From contig JBAXAI010000002.1 of NCBI GenBank assembly GCA_037142615.1, positions 32,001 to 96,000 of the forward strand: a stretch of 64,000 bases of DNA, in the 5' to 3' direction. Positions within the stretch are counted from its first letter, which is position 1. Each line of letters opens with the position of its first letter. The notes under the pieces are model-generated. The model worked only from the letters and a program-made list of their open reading frames with translations. It was not told the origin of the DNA and made no database searches. Source of the DNA: Spirochaetales bacterium (GTDB taxonomy: Bacteria; Spirochaetota; Spirochaetia; JABEVK01). Below are positions 30,399 to 41,489 of the stretch, piece after piece. The translations under genes were made by a program, and so were the position numbers.

Positions 30399-31184
30399 TC
30401 ATGGCGTGAAGTCCTTCCAGACTTCGGCCTTCAGCCCGGGTTGGGATACAAACTGAAACAACTCAGGGTTGCGCTCAAATTGCCGGTAAATCGGAACCGC
30501 GGTTTGGATTCCGAGCCGAGAGTAGTCGGCTGGCGCCTTGCGGACTACTTCGCTGGCGCGGTAGGCGGGATTGGCCTCGAAGACGACCTCGTCCGAGAGT
30601 ACCGAGGTGAACACCGGAAACCAAGCCAGACCTCCGTGAGCCCGAACCGCCTCGTACTCGAAGCCGTACTCGCGGTCGCACCAGGCTCCAAAGGCCAGCG
30701 GGCTAGTCGGTGAGGCGCTGATGGTCATGTGAGCCCAGTTGGGCGGCACGACGACCACATCGCCTGGACCGGCTTCCACCGCGAAACACCGCCCGGGGTC
30801 GTCGTCGGCGGTTTCCTGCAGGTAGATCAATGCCTTTCCCGTCCAGATTTCATAGATCTCGGGAGGCGACCAACCGCTGTGGGCCGACACGCTGTGGATA
30901 TGGCCCTGGCTTCGCACCGGCTCGCGACCAAGCCGGCCTGCGGCATAGGTGACGGCACCATAGAGCAACATCTGTTTCTGCAACAAGGGTTTATGCACCG
31001 CCTTCCCGATATCCATCGAGATGGCGTACACCACTTCTGGTCCGTTGCAACTTGGGTCCTTCAGGCTTTTCCGGATGGCATCGAGGCCGCGCAACTCGGG
31101 CGTGGGGCCGAACACGCCAGGGCCGTAGTCAAAGCCCAAGGGTGAGAACGTGGGGCGGATGGCAAAGCCAGGGTCAAATGGCAT
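30399..31184 (-). CDS. Cupin-type glucose-6-phosphate isomerase family protein (long form)
   Basis: EPVRSQGHIH, PEIYEIWTG, VPPNWAH cupin metal motifs. Confidence 0.8.
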   Translation of the reverse strand: MPFDPGFAIRPTFSPLGFDYGPGVFGPTPELRGLDAIRKSLKDPSCNGPEVVYAISMDIGKAVHKPLLQKQMLLYGAVTYAAGRLGREPVRSQGHIHSVSAHSGWSPPEIYEIWTGKALIYLQETADDDPGRCFAVEAGPGDVVVVPPNWAHMTISASPTSPLAFGAWCDREYGFEYEAVRAHGGLAWFPVFTSVLSDEVVFEANPAYRASEVVRKAPADYSRLGIQTAVPIYRQFERNPELFQFVSQPGLKAEVWKDFTP

Positions 31185-31195
31185 AGGAGGCTCCT

Positions 31196-32941
31196 TTAGG
31201 TGCGGACGTAGGCCTTCAAGGTCGCAAGAGTCCCGGTCACCCCATCTGCCGGGCGGATCAGGTAGACCCCGACAGCGGCGGGCACGACGAAGGTTTCGGC
31301 GTAATGCACCTCAAAGGGCTCGAAGGCCCCGCTTGGGCTTTCCACCACCGCCGCCGAGCCCTCGACCAGGTTGAGCACGTTGACCCCGCCTTGGGTGTCG
31401 TGCAACACCGGGCCCTCGAACCAGGTGCGCCGGGTTTCGATGAACTCGCGCTCGTGCAGGCCCGTGCGCTCTTCTTTCCAGCCGGGACCGGAACCGGTAG
31501 GCTCCACGCGGTTGACGAGGTTCTGCCGCACCCATTGTGTGTCACGGTCCCACTGGATGTTCTTGACCCCGTGCTCCAAGTGGATGGGGCGGGGCTTGCC
31601 GTCAAGGCCCAAACGACCCCAGTCCCACAGCTTGAAGGTGAAGATGAACGGGGTAGCGCTGATTTCGAGCACCACGGAGTCCTTGCCCGAGCAGTGCACC
31701 GTTCCGGCCGGGATCAGGAAGTGATCGTGTTTTTTGGCTGGCCACTGGTTGGTGTGCTTGTCCGCGGGGAACTCCACCTCGCCACGTTGCGCCCGCTCCA
31801 GATCGGTCAAGAAACTCCCGCGGTCGGTACCCGTCTTGACCCCGAGGTAGACCGTCGCGTCGGCGCCGGCCTCGAGCAGGTAGTAGCTTTCGTCCTGAGT
31901 GTAGTGCATGCCGAACTCTTGCTGGATGTACTCGGTAAGCGGGTGCACCTGCAGGCTCAGGTTGCCACCGCCCATGGTGTCAAGAAAGTCGAAGCGGATC
32001 GGAAACTCTGTTCCGAACCGCGCATGCACCTTTTCGCCCAGGAGTCTCTGAGGCTCCTGAAACACCAGGTTGATCGAGGGGATCTCAAGTCGTACCCCAT
32101 CGAAGTTCAGGATCAGGCTGTTTTCTTCAGGGACGCAGTCGAACCCCCAGGCATAATTTGCCGGCTCCGGGTCAAGCCCAACGACCTCGCGCATCCACTG
32201 GCCGCCCCAAGGTCCCGGATCAAAGAACGGTACCAGCCGGAAGGGACGCTCCGCGGTTTGGCGAAGTGCCTCGAGGTGAGCGCTCCCTGTCATCATCGCC
32301 GGAGCGTTCTTTCGGTTCGTGTCCAGTAGATAGTCCAGCGAAGGAAACAGGGTGATTTTGTGTCGGTCGAGCACCCGCCATTCGACAAAAAACGACCGCT
32401 TGTACTTGCGCAGTACGTCTTGGTCGTAATTGCTGGATCCCCAGTTGCAGGCCTCTTTCCGGCGGTAGCGCAGCTGAATCTCCCAACGGGCCATATCGGC
32501 GTACACCAAAAGGTCGCCCCGCGTCACCAAACTCGCTCCGATGCCATGAACCAACACGAGTCCTGAGGCAGCTTCAACCTGGTCCCTCAGGCCCCGCAGC
32601 TTTTCGGCAACGAAGAAGTCGTCGATCCGCAAGTTCGTCATGACCCCAAACACGCGGTCGGAGGTAAGGTTGCGACCGATGAGGGCCTCAAACTCGGGCT
32701 CTGGAAGCAAGCTTGCGGCCACGTCGATGACCAGTGCAGGCTTAAGACGCGAGCCGAGGGCGTCCAGGATTTCGCGGCTATCGACGGCCGAATACTGTTC
32801 GAGCACCAGGACCTTTCGGTTGGATTTGACTCCGCTCAACTTCGTGCTCCACTCCTGCACGATGGAGTCCCACCCAGACCATGCCCGCTTGGCGCCCCCG
32901 CGCACGTGGACTTCCGGGAACCGATCGTAGTTACGTTTCAT
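31196..32941 (-). CDS. Class I mannose-6-phosphate isomerase with long N-terminal extension
   Basis: FDPGPWGGQW, RFDFLDTMGGGNLSLQVHP, QDESYY, IPAGTVH, LEISAT. Start ATG 32941 overlaps the ROK stop. Confidence 0.85.
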   Translation of the reverse strand: MKRNYDRFPEVHVRGGAKRAWSGWDSIVQEWSTKLSGVKSNRKVLVLEQYSAVDSREILDALGSRLKPALVIDVAASLLPEPEFEALIGRNLTSDRVFGVMTNLRIDDFFVAEKLRGLRDQVEAASGLVLVHGIGASLVTRGDLLVYADMARWEIQLRYRRKEACNWGSSNYDQDVLRKYKRSFFVEWRVLDRHKITLFPSLDYLLDTNRKNAPAMMTGSAHLEALRQTAERPFRLVPFFDPGPWGGQWMREVVGLDPEPANYAWGFDCVPEENSLILNFDGVRLEIPSINLVFQEPQRLLGEKVHARFGTEFPIRFDFLDTMGGGNLSLQVHPLTEYIQQEFGMHYTQDESYYLLEAGADATVYLGVKTGTDRGSFLTDLERAQRGEVEFPADKHTNQWPAKKHDHFLIPAGTVHCSGKDSVVLEISATPFIFTFKLWDWGRLGLDGKPRPIHLEHGVKNIQWDRDTQWVRQNLVNRVEPTGSGPGWKEERTGLHEREFIETRRTWFEGPVLHDTQGGVNVLNLVEGSAAVVESPSGAFEPFEVHYAETFVVPAAVGVYLIRPADGVTGTLATLKAYVRT

Positions 32942-33843
32942 GTCAACTTCTCCTCCATCAGGGCGTGTAGGCCTAGCAGCACGGATTGGTCGGGCGTCGC
33001 AGACACCCGGAACTCCAACTGTCCCCAGGGCGTCCAGCACAAATGACGAACCTGCTGTTCAAGAGAATCCAGAAACTGGTCACGGCCCTTCAACACTCCT
33101 CCGCTGAACACCACCACTTCGGGGTCGTAGGCATGAACCAAGGTTGCCAGCCCTCGGGCCCACTGCCGAGTGATCTGGTCCAACAGCCTCCTGGCCTCTG
33201 CATCGCCGGCGCGACTGGCCGTGGTCAGCGACTCAAAGCCATCAAACTGGCCGCCGGAGAGCCGGTCAAGGCACCAACTGCCCACCTGAGCCTCCAGGCA
33301 GCCCCGTTTGCCGCAAGAGCAAGGAGTGTCACCGCCACCGGTCTTGAAGTGCCCGCCGAGCACCCCCGCCTGATAGTGCACGCCGCGAACGAGTCGGCCG
33401 TTCATGAGCGCCGCGGTTCCGACCCCCGTCCCAAGAATGAACAGAGCCGTATTGTCGCAGCCCTGACAACAACCTCTGCGGTACTCGCCGAACAGTGCGG
33501 CATTGCTATCGTTCTCCAGGAGAAACGGAACCCCGAAGGTGTCGCGGGACCACGTAGCAAGATCAAGCTCGGTGGCATCGAGGAACTTCCCGCTGGCCGA
33601 AAGAACCCGGTTCTGCTTGACATCAACCAGGCCCGGGTAGGCCATGGCCACACCGTCCAGCCGTCCGTGACTTGCCGAAAGGCCGCGCAGCGTCGTTTCA
33701 ACGATGCCGAGTTTTGCCGCGAGCGTGCCTTTGGCCTGGGCAGGCAACTGCCGTGTTCCGAGCACCCGATTTCCCTGAAAAAGGCCAACCTTGATCGTCG
33801 TCCCCCCCAGATCCACGGCCCCCGTCAGGATATCCGAGTTCAC
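32938..33843 (-). CDS. ROK-family sugar kinase
   Basis: VDLGGTTIK, ENDSNAALFGE, LGTGVG, CSCGKRGCLE; no HTH. Confidence 0.9.
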   Translation of the reverse strand: MNSDILTGAVDLGGTTIKVGLFQGNRVLGTRQLPAQAKGTLAAKLGIVETTLRGLSASHGRLDGVAMAYPGLVDVKQNRVLSASGKFLDATELDLATWSRDTFGVPFLLENDSNAALFGEYRRGCCQGCDNTALFILGTGVGTAALMNGRLVRGVHYQAGVLGGHFKTGGGDTPCSCGKRGCLEAQVGSWCLDRLSGGQFDGFESLTTASRAGDAEARRLLDQITRQWARGLATLVHAYDPEVVVFSGGVLKGRDQFLDSLEQQVRHLCWTPWGQLEFRVSATPDQSVLLGLHALMEEKLT

Positions 33844-34382
33844 GGTTGGTCCCGGAACTCGGGCCCGTTCGGTCCTTGAACGACCCTAACGCTGAAACCC
33901 TGCTCGGATATGGTGGCGTAGTCGTGACCGGCATCCGAGGGCCAACAGGCCCCTACCGCCAGTACGTCACGGCCTGTATTGACAAGGCGGTGGGCGACAT
34001 GCCCGGCAATGTAGTGAACCGAGCCGGGCTTCAGGACTTCGAGGCTCCAGCGGCGCGCGCCGTCCATCAGAAGAAGCACGCCCTGACCGGCATAGCACCA
34101 GTAGTACTCGGCGCGGTCACGCTGAGCGTGGAAGTGTCCACGGGTCATGAAGTACTCGCCGTCGATAACTCCAGGTTGAACAAAGGAAGTACCGAAGAAC
34201 AACCCCCCGGGGGTACCTTCGGGAACAACAGCGTGCATTTGCACGCTGTAGGCCGTGATCGACTGGTCGAGGGCCGCCCGGGCACTTTCGTTGGCAAAAA
34301 CGTTTTTCAACTCTGCAAGGGTCTTCACACTTTCGGTGATCTCTCCGGAAAGTCGCCCGGTGTGATAGTTTGCTTCAATCAT
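33840..34382 (-). CDS. Cupin-type glucose-6-phosphate isomerase (short, archaeal-type)
   Basis: EYFMTRGHFH, AEYY, AHRLVNTG, DAGHDYATI. Confidence 0.85.
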   Translation of the reverse strand: MIEANYHTGRLSGEITESVKTLAELKNVFANESARAALDQSITAYSVQMHAVVPEGTPGGLFFGTSFVQPGVIDGEYFMTRGHFHAQRDRAEYYWCYAGQGVLLLMDGARRWSLEVLKPGSVHYIAGHVAHRLVNTGRDVLAVGACWPSDAGHDYATISEQGFSVRVVQGPNGPEFRDQP

Positions 34383-35134
34383 GGTCCATCTCCTTGCTGG
34401 CTGAAACCGTCACGCGTAATGCGGATCGAATATTCGAAACGGTCAGACCTGTAGTGGGCCACACCAAACTCGAACGGGCGTCCGGCGACGTCTGAAACCG
34501 TCCGCTTTCGGTACAGCATTGGTAGGTCTTCGGGCATCTGCAGGCGGGCACGGTCGGGAGCCCCCGCACCCAAGGCTCCTATGCACTCTTCTGAGATCGC
34601 GGGCACAACCTGATAGCGATTTTCGATCAGCTCATAGAGGGGGCCATCAAAGGCCTCCGTCTCGGGAATGGAAAGACGGGGATGAAACCAGCTACGGAAC
34701 AGGACTACCGGCTGGCCTTCTTCCCCCTTCAGGCGCTCTAGCACGATCACTTTGGTTCCCGGGGCAATTCCGAGCCCTGCTGCGGCCGCCTCAGGAGCGG
34801 GCTCGACCCAGACTCTCTTTTCGAGAGTGACGAGTTCACGCCCTAGCCGCCCCATCTCGCGGCTAAAGCTAGTCCACTCGGTCAGACGCGTCTGGATCGG
34901 ACTGCGGTTCACTACCGTTCCGACACCCTTTTTGCGAAGAATCAGCCCCTCACGAACCAGGGAATCCATTGCAACCCGGATGGTATGACGGCTGACGCCC
35001 AACCGCATGGCCAAATCGGTCTCACGAGGGAGCAGTTGACCGGCCTGGTGTCCCACTTCGCGAACCAGGGCCCGCAAGGCGACTTCGGCTTGGGCGTAGA
35101 GGGGGAGTGCAGCCAGCGGGTTGAGCGGTTTCAT
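34379..35134 (-). CDS. GntR/HutC-family regulator with UTRA domain
   Basis: PLYAQ, LPRETDLAMRLGVSRHTIRVA, GVGTVV, YRSDRFEY. Start moved to ATG 35134 (RBS GGAG). Confidence 0.9.
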   Translation of the reverse strand: MKPLNPLAALPLYAQAEVALRALVREVGHQAGQLLPRETDLAMRLGVSRHTIRVAMDSLVREGLILRKKGVGTVVNRSPIQTRLTEWTSFSREMGRLGRELVTLEKRVWVEPAPEAAAAGLGIAPGTKVIVLERLKGEEGQPVVLFRSWFHPRLSIPETEAFDGPLYELIENRYQVVPAISEECIGALGAGAPDRARLQMPEDLPMLYRKRTVSDVAGRPFEFGVAHYRSDRFEYSIRITRDGFSQQGDGP

Positions 35135-35479
35135 GGTTCTCCATGTCCGTTTGTCCGGACATATACGTGATACCATGAGCCGGAGTTCTTGGCAAGCGGC
35201 AACAGTACTTTCGAACTCGTCTATGGACGGTAGGTCCACGGCCTCCACCGCCCAGATGATCGAGGGCAAGAGCAACGTCCCCATCACCCAGCGTGACTTC
35301 GCCGTCATCGAGACCGGCTTCGGTCCCGTCAAGAAGTCCCGTCCCAAACCTCCGCTGCCAACCCTAGGTTGGCCGTTGGTTCAGCCTAGTGAGAGCAGCA
35401 GCTTCAAGCCTGCACGACTCGTCTGTCCATCTGAGCCGCATACTGCAGGCATGCCAGTATGTCTTCGTGACCGGAACCG

Positions 35480-36091
35480 TCAGTAGAAACCGATCTCGCG
35501 AACGTCAATCCTCGCTGAGAACTCCCGCTTGTAGGCGACTACCGCCACGCTGGCCAACTCGGCCAAATCCAGGGAAAAGAAGGCGCCGAAATCACCCTTG
35601 GTAAACTGGCTGAAAGGCACGTGCACTTCCTGCCATTCCCCGGTGACCGGCAGGGGCGCCATATAGAAAGACCACGGAAACAGATTCCGGGATGTCCGCA
35701 GGAACAGGTAGTAGCCTTCGCTGTTGACGCGCGCCAACAGGCGGACCCCCGTGTAGCGTCGGGCGTCAAAGACGGGCTTCCCGTCGTGCGCCAGCAGAAG
35801 CTGGGCCTGGATGAAACCTCCGTTGTTCTTCAGACTGACTTGACCCGAGATGACGAGGTGCGGAATCCCCCCTTCCGACTCGGTTCCGACCTTCATGTCT
35901 GACAAACCACCCATGACTCGGTCGGTGAATCCTTGCCACGAGGTTCCCAGTCGCGAACTTGAAGAGCTGAAATCGTCCAGAAGAAAGGGGGACACGGGAA
36001 CCTCCGAGACGGGTGTGGTAGTGACGCAGGCGGTGCCAAGGATTGCCACCGCAACCAGACTGACATTCCAGAGTTTCGGACGGATCAACAT
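35480..36091 (-). CDS. CIA30/CBM11-like carbohydrate-binding lipoprotein
   Basis: Lipobox-like LGTAC; FTDRVMGGLS and VSLKNNGGFIQ motifs. Confidence 0.75.
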   Translation of the reverse strand: MLIRPKLWNVSLVAVAILGTACVTTTPVSEVPVSPFLLDDFSSSSSRLGTSWQGFTDRVMGGLSDMKVGTESEGGIPHLVISGQVSLKNNGGFIQAQLLLAHDGKPVFDARRYTGVRLLARVNSEGYYLFLRTSRNLFPWSFYMAPLPVTGEWQEVHVPFSQFTKGDFGAFFSLDLAELASVAVVAYKREFSARIDVREIGFY

Positions 36092-36395
36092 GTCGGAAAG
36101 TTAGTGTTTCTCTCGGGCAAAGTCCACTTTCACCAAATTGACCGGGAGTTTCCTTGGGGTTGATCTTGGTCTTCGAGGGCAAGGTCACCCCTCCAGACAC
36201 CTTCAATGGTGGCATGCTCCCATGCCTTTGTGGCCAGCTTTCCCCCAGAATAGTGAGCGGCCTAACGTCTGCGGCAGCATTTTCCAGTGCGCCCACACCA
36301 AGCGACTCACTGACGGCGCTGCGCGTTGCAGCACCAATCAGCGCTGGGTTGACGCCTCCGGCGCGGACCGGGCGCTTTGATGTTTCTTCGAAAAG

Positions 36396-36902
36396 CTACC
36401 ACTTCTTGGCTTTGAGGTAGTCCACGGCCGCCTTGTAGTCTTTACCCAGGGTTTTGGTCACATCGAGCATAGGGTTGAACGCACCGCCATTTAGGTAGGT
36501 CTGGATAGGGCTTACCCCGCCGGTGTTACCCGCACCCGTCCCGGCCGTGGTACGTTCGCTGAGGCGTGCGATGGCCAGATCGTCCACGAAGGTCAGTTGG
36601 GCCCCGGTCAGAATCTTGAGTTCAATTTCCGTAAGCAGGGCTTCGGCAGGTTTGGGTTCGAGGCGAGGCGTGGTGCGGATTTTTTCGGCGATCAGCATCA
36701 GGCTTTTCACCTGCGTTGCGGTCAAGGCAAGCTTTTTCTGCTCCTTGTCCATGGTGTGCAGATAGCCGAACACCCGCCCCAGATCGTAAACGACCTCGAG
36801 TTTTTCCTTGGCAACGGCCAAAGCGGGATCCTGGGTGGTTTGAGCTGCCAGCGTAGCCGTCAGTAGCAGGGCGATACCTGCCCGTGCAATGAGCTTATTC
36901 AT
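36396..36902 (-). CDS. Secreted helical hypothetical protein, last gene of the exporter operon
   Basis: Signal peptide, RBS AAGGAG, LALTATQ...LTGAQ pattern, Gly/Thr linker. Confidence 0.75.
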   Translation of the reverse strand: MNKLIARAGIALLLTATLAAQTTQDPALAVAKEKLEVVYDLGRVFGYLHTMDKEQKKLALTATQVKSLMLIAEKIRTTPRLEPKPAEALLTEIELKILTGAQLTFVDDLAIARLSERTTAGTGAGNTGGVSPIQTYLNGGAFNPMLDVTKTLGKDYKAAVDYLKAKKW

Positions 36903-36929
36903 TCTTGTCTCCTTGGCCTTTTGGCCGGT

Positions 36930-38152
<1,223 letters not shown>

Positions 38153-38156
<4 letters not shown>

Positions 38157-38842
38157 GGCACCCACTCCGACGCCGCGACATCGGCAAGAATTTTCCCGTC
38201 TTCCACTTGGATTACCCGGTGCGCCTGGCGGGCCACCTTGGGGTCATGCGTCACGAGGATCAAGGTGGCCCCGTCGCGGTGCAGGATGTGGAACAGTTCC
38301 ATGATTTCGACACCTGTCTTGGTGTCGAGGGCTCCCGTGGGTTCGTCGGCCAGCAATATGGAAGGCACCCCGGCCAGCGCGCGGGCGATCGCGACGCGCT
38401 GGCGCTGACCGCCGGAAAGCTCAGAGGGAAGGTGCCCCTCACGGCCGTCGAGCCCGACTTTCTGTAGCATGGCCAGCGCGCGCTCGCGTCGGTTTTTGCG
38501 GCTGACACCCTGGTAGATCATGGGTAGCTCGACGTTTTCGAGGGCGGACTCGCGGGGCAGCAGGTTGAAGCTTTGGAAGACAAAGCCGATGCGGCGGCTT
38601 CGGATTTCGGCGAGCTGGTCCTTTTTTAGCTTCGAGGTCTCGTCGCCCGCCAACCGGTAGCTGCCGGCCGAAGGGGAATCGAGGCAACCGAGGATGTTCA
38701 TAAGGCTGGTCTTGCCTGAGCCGCTGGGGCCGACAATGGCCACAAACTCGCCCGACTGAATGGTGAAACTGACGTCGTCGACGGCTTTGACCGTCGTCGG
38801 GCCCATGGTGTAGTGGCGGCTGAGGCCGCTGACCTCGATCAT
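38153..38842 (-). CDS. ABC transporter ATP-binding protein (MacB/LolD-like)
   Basis: GPSGSGKT, IGFVFQSFNLL, LSGGQRQR, ADEPTGALD. Confidence 0.95.
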
Positions 38843-40008
38843 TTGGTGCCACCCGAGCCGGGAATGGTGATGGGGAGCACCGACTTTTCGCCAGCCGCAG
38901 CGGTGGGGGCCGGGGCAGAGGGCTTCACGGCGCCGGGCAACACCACTTCGGTGCCCTCGTCGAGCCCCGAGAGAATGACGGCGTTGAGGCCATCGTCGGC
39001 GCCCTTTTCGACGCGCTTTTTGACCACCTCGCCGTTTTCGAGCACCTCGACATAGCTGCGGCTACGCACGGTCGAGACCGCCTTGGACGGCACCACCACG
39101 CCCTTGTCGGACGCAATGCGGATGGAAAAGTCGGCGCTCATGCCGGGGCGGAGGCGGCCTTCGGTGTTATCGACCAGCGCGGTCACCTTGAAAATCGAAA
39201 TGTTGTTGACCACTTCGGCCATGGGGCTGATGGCTTCGACCTTGGCGACGAGCGACTCTTCGCCCATGGCCTCGCCGCTGATGGCCACCGTTTGGCCCAG
39301 AACCACCTTGCCGATATCGTTCTCGTCGACTTCGGCGCTCAGCCTCACGCGGGACAGGTCGCCAAACAGCACTACCGCGGTGTTGGGCGAGACCAGGTCA
39401 CCGGCGGCCAAATAAGCTTTGAGGACGGTGCCGTCGAAAGGGGCCCTGAGGGAAAGCGAGGCGAGGTCGTTGCGGGACTTGTCGAGCGACAAGCGCGATT
39501 GCCCCACCTTGAGCTCGGCGGTTTCCCCAGCCAACTGGGCGTTGGTGACGGCTTCCTCGGCGGTGGCGTAGTCGCCGGGACTCAGGGCTTTTCCGTCGAG
39601 CAGAGCCTTTTTGTCGGCTTTGTCTTTCACAGCGCGGTCGAGGACCAGCTGAGCTTTTTTGAGGTCCACCTGCGCCTGCGACAGCACAAACTCGGCCTGC
39701 CCCAGCGCGTTGCGGAACTGGGTGTCGTCGAGCGTGGCGACCACGGCGCCGGCCGCAACCCGGGAACCCTCGCGCACCAGACTTTTGACCAGCGACGCTG
39801 CGGTGGACCGCAAGGTGACCTGAGCTGCCGGTTCGACGAGGGAGACACCTTCGACATCGATCGAGACCACGCCGTTCTTGGCCGTGACGGTGACCGGCCC
39901 CGACGAGACGGTGGCCTGCTCGGGCTGCTGCCGGGCGAAGAAATACCACGCTCCACCGGCGACAAGGATGGTGCCGACAGCGAGCAGAAGGATCGAGGAC
40001 TTTTTCAT
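38839..40008 (-). CDS. Periplasmic adaptor / membrane fusion protein (MacA/HlyD-like)
   Basis: N-terminal TM anchor, coiled coil, LRAPFDGTV, LRPGMSA, SGLDEG. Confidence 0.9.
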   Translation of the reverse strand: MKKSSILLLAVGTILVAGGAWYFFARQQPEQATVSSGPVTVTAKNGVVSIDVEGVSLVEPAAQVTLRSTAASLVKSLVREGSRVAAGAVVATLDDTQFRNALGQAEFVLSQAQVDLKKAQLVLDRAVKDKADKKALLDGKALSPGDYATAEEAVTNAQLAGETAELKVGQSRLSLDKSRNDLASLSLRAPFDGTVLKAYLAAGDLVSPNTAVVLFGDLSRVRLSAEVDENDIGKVVLGQTVAISGEAMGEESLVAKVEAISPMAEVVNNISIFKVTALVDNTEGRLRPGMSADFSIRIASDKGVVVPSKAVSTVRSRSYVEVLENGEVVKKRVEKGADDGLNAVILSGLDEGTEVVLPGAVKPSAPAPTAAAGEKSVLPITIPGSGGTK

Positions 40009-41333
40009 GGGATCTCCCAAGCCGAAGCGGCTTCACGTAATTCCAAGGTGGCCAAGGTCAGATTGACCTGGGCTTTGTCGTGGGCAAAAGTGGCGCGGAC
40101 CAAGACGGCGGCGTTGGCGGCTTCTTCTTCGGGACTCACCTGGCCGATCAGCTTTTTCGACGCGAACGACTGGGCGGCCGCACCGGTGGATTCCTGCGCA
40201 CGGAGACTGGCGGCCAGACTTTCTTGGGCCTTGAGGAAGGCGGCATATTTTGAACGCACGCCAAGCTCAAGCGAAGCCTCGAGGTACCCTAGGCGGCGGC
40301 GTTCCAGTTCGACGGCGTCTTCCAGGGCTTGGCGGCGTAGGGCAGTGTCGCCAGAAAACTCCCAAGTCAGCAGAACCGAGGCTGACAGCACGGGATCGAC
40401 GGTTTTTATCACCGACTCGGGTGCCCGGTAGAGGGACACGTCACCACCCAGCCCGAGGGAGCCTGAAACGCTACTGTAACTGAGGACGACCGAGCCCTGG
40501 GGCGCCACATAGCTCAGCTGGGGAGCAAACGTCAATGGCAGGGCCGACGCTGCCACCAGGGCGCGCCGGGCTTTTTCCAGGCGCTGGCGCTGGGCCAAGG
40601 CCGTGGACGCGTTCTGCTTGGCCATGGCGATCAGGGCGACCGGCAATCCAGGCGACACCAAAGGGCCGAAGTCGGGTTTTGCCAGCAGCGGCACCAACCC
40701 GAGCGGATCCTGCGAACCCGGTTGATGATCAGGACGAGGGGTTTCCAGGGTGGCCTTGAACGCCAGCGCAAACCAGGCCAGCCGGAGATCGAGCCGGGCT
40801 TGGGCCACTTCGGCTTCGGAATCCTGTAGGCCGGCCTCGGCCAAAGCCCCGGCGGTCGCCGTCAGGGTTCCCTGCTTGACCCGTTGTTTTACCGCTTCCA
40901 ACCTGGACTTTTGCTCGTCGCGGGCTGCTTCGGCTACCCCGACTGACTGTTGGGCGAGGTAGGACGCGTTGTAGGCCCGCAGCAGGTCGACGGTGGCACG
41001 GCCAACGGCTTCGTCGGCTTCGCGTTGGCGCAGCGCCAGAGTTTCGACAAGTGCTGTTGCTTTTTCGCGGTCGGCAGCGGTGCTCCCCAAGAGGAACCAC
41101 AGGTCGATGCCAAGATCAGCCTTGGTCAGTTCGGCTACCGGGCGAGTGCTGACTTTGAGACCTTTCCAAGCCGACTCGGCGTCTACCTCGGCTTGGGCCA
41201 AGCTCAACAGACGCGAAGCCAACTGTACGCTTTCATGCTGAGGAATCTGATAGGCAACGTCGTTCCAGGTCAGCGTCTGCGAGAAGGCCGGGGGACTCAA
41301 GGCGGCCAAAAGCACAACCATCCAGGTTTTCAT
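40005..41333 (-). CDS. TolC-like outer membrane efflux protein
   Basis: Signal peptide, two long Ala/Leu/Glu helical halves with intervening beta-rich stretches; first gene of the exporter operon. Confidence 0.7.
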   Translation of the reverse strand: MKTWMVVLLAALSPPAFSQTLTWNDVAYQIPQHESVQLASRLLSLAQAEVDAESAWKGLKVSTRPVAELTKADLGIDLWFLLGSTAADREKATALVETLALRQREADEAVGRATVDLLRAYNASYLAQQSVGVAEAARDEQKSRLEAVKQRVKQGTLTATAGALAEAGLQDSEAEVAQARLDLRLAWFALAFKATLETPRPDHQPGSQDPLGLVPLLAKPDFGPLVSPGLPVALIAMAKQNASTALAQRQRLEKARRALVAASALPLTFAPQLSYVAPQGSVVLSYSSVSGSLGLGGDVSLYRAPESVIKTVDPVLSASVLLTWEFSGDTALRRQALEDAVELERRRLGYLEASLELGVRSKYAAFLKAQESLAASLRAQESTGAAAQSFASKKLIGQVSPEEEAANAAVLVRATFAHDKAQVNLTLATLELREAASAWEIP

Positions 41334-41357
41334 AGGGACTTCCTTAGTTAATGCGCA

Positions 41358-41372
41358 TCAAGAAGCGTGCCA
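41358..41372 (-). promoter_or_regulatory. sigma54-type -24/-12 promoter (TGGCACG-CTTC-TTGA)
   Basis: Perfect -24 element and correct spacing; -12 is TTGA rather than TTGC; 25 bp upstream of the tolC start with an AT-rich tract further upstream. Confidence 0.6.
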
Positions 41373-41439
41373 AAAATAAGGGAGATTCAATATATAGTTT
41401 TGTGAATATTCTCAGGAAATGGTCTTTCTGGCTCAACTA

Positions 41440-41489
41440 CGTGAGCAATCCTTTCCGGAGAGCTGCTTTTTGGGAAAAGATTGCCCACG
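41440..41489. repeat. Imperfect inverted repeat (CGTGAGCAATC...GATTGCCCACG)
   Basis: Read directly; paralogous to 23239-23287. Confidence 0.75.

Noticed and set aside
36105-36395. Intergenic stretch as an ncRNA or as related to the 41490-41780 spacer
   Set aside because: Only a 10-bp match (GGTTGACGCC) and no convincing structure; chance is a sufficient explanation.
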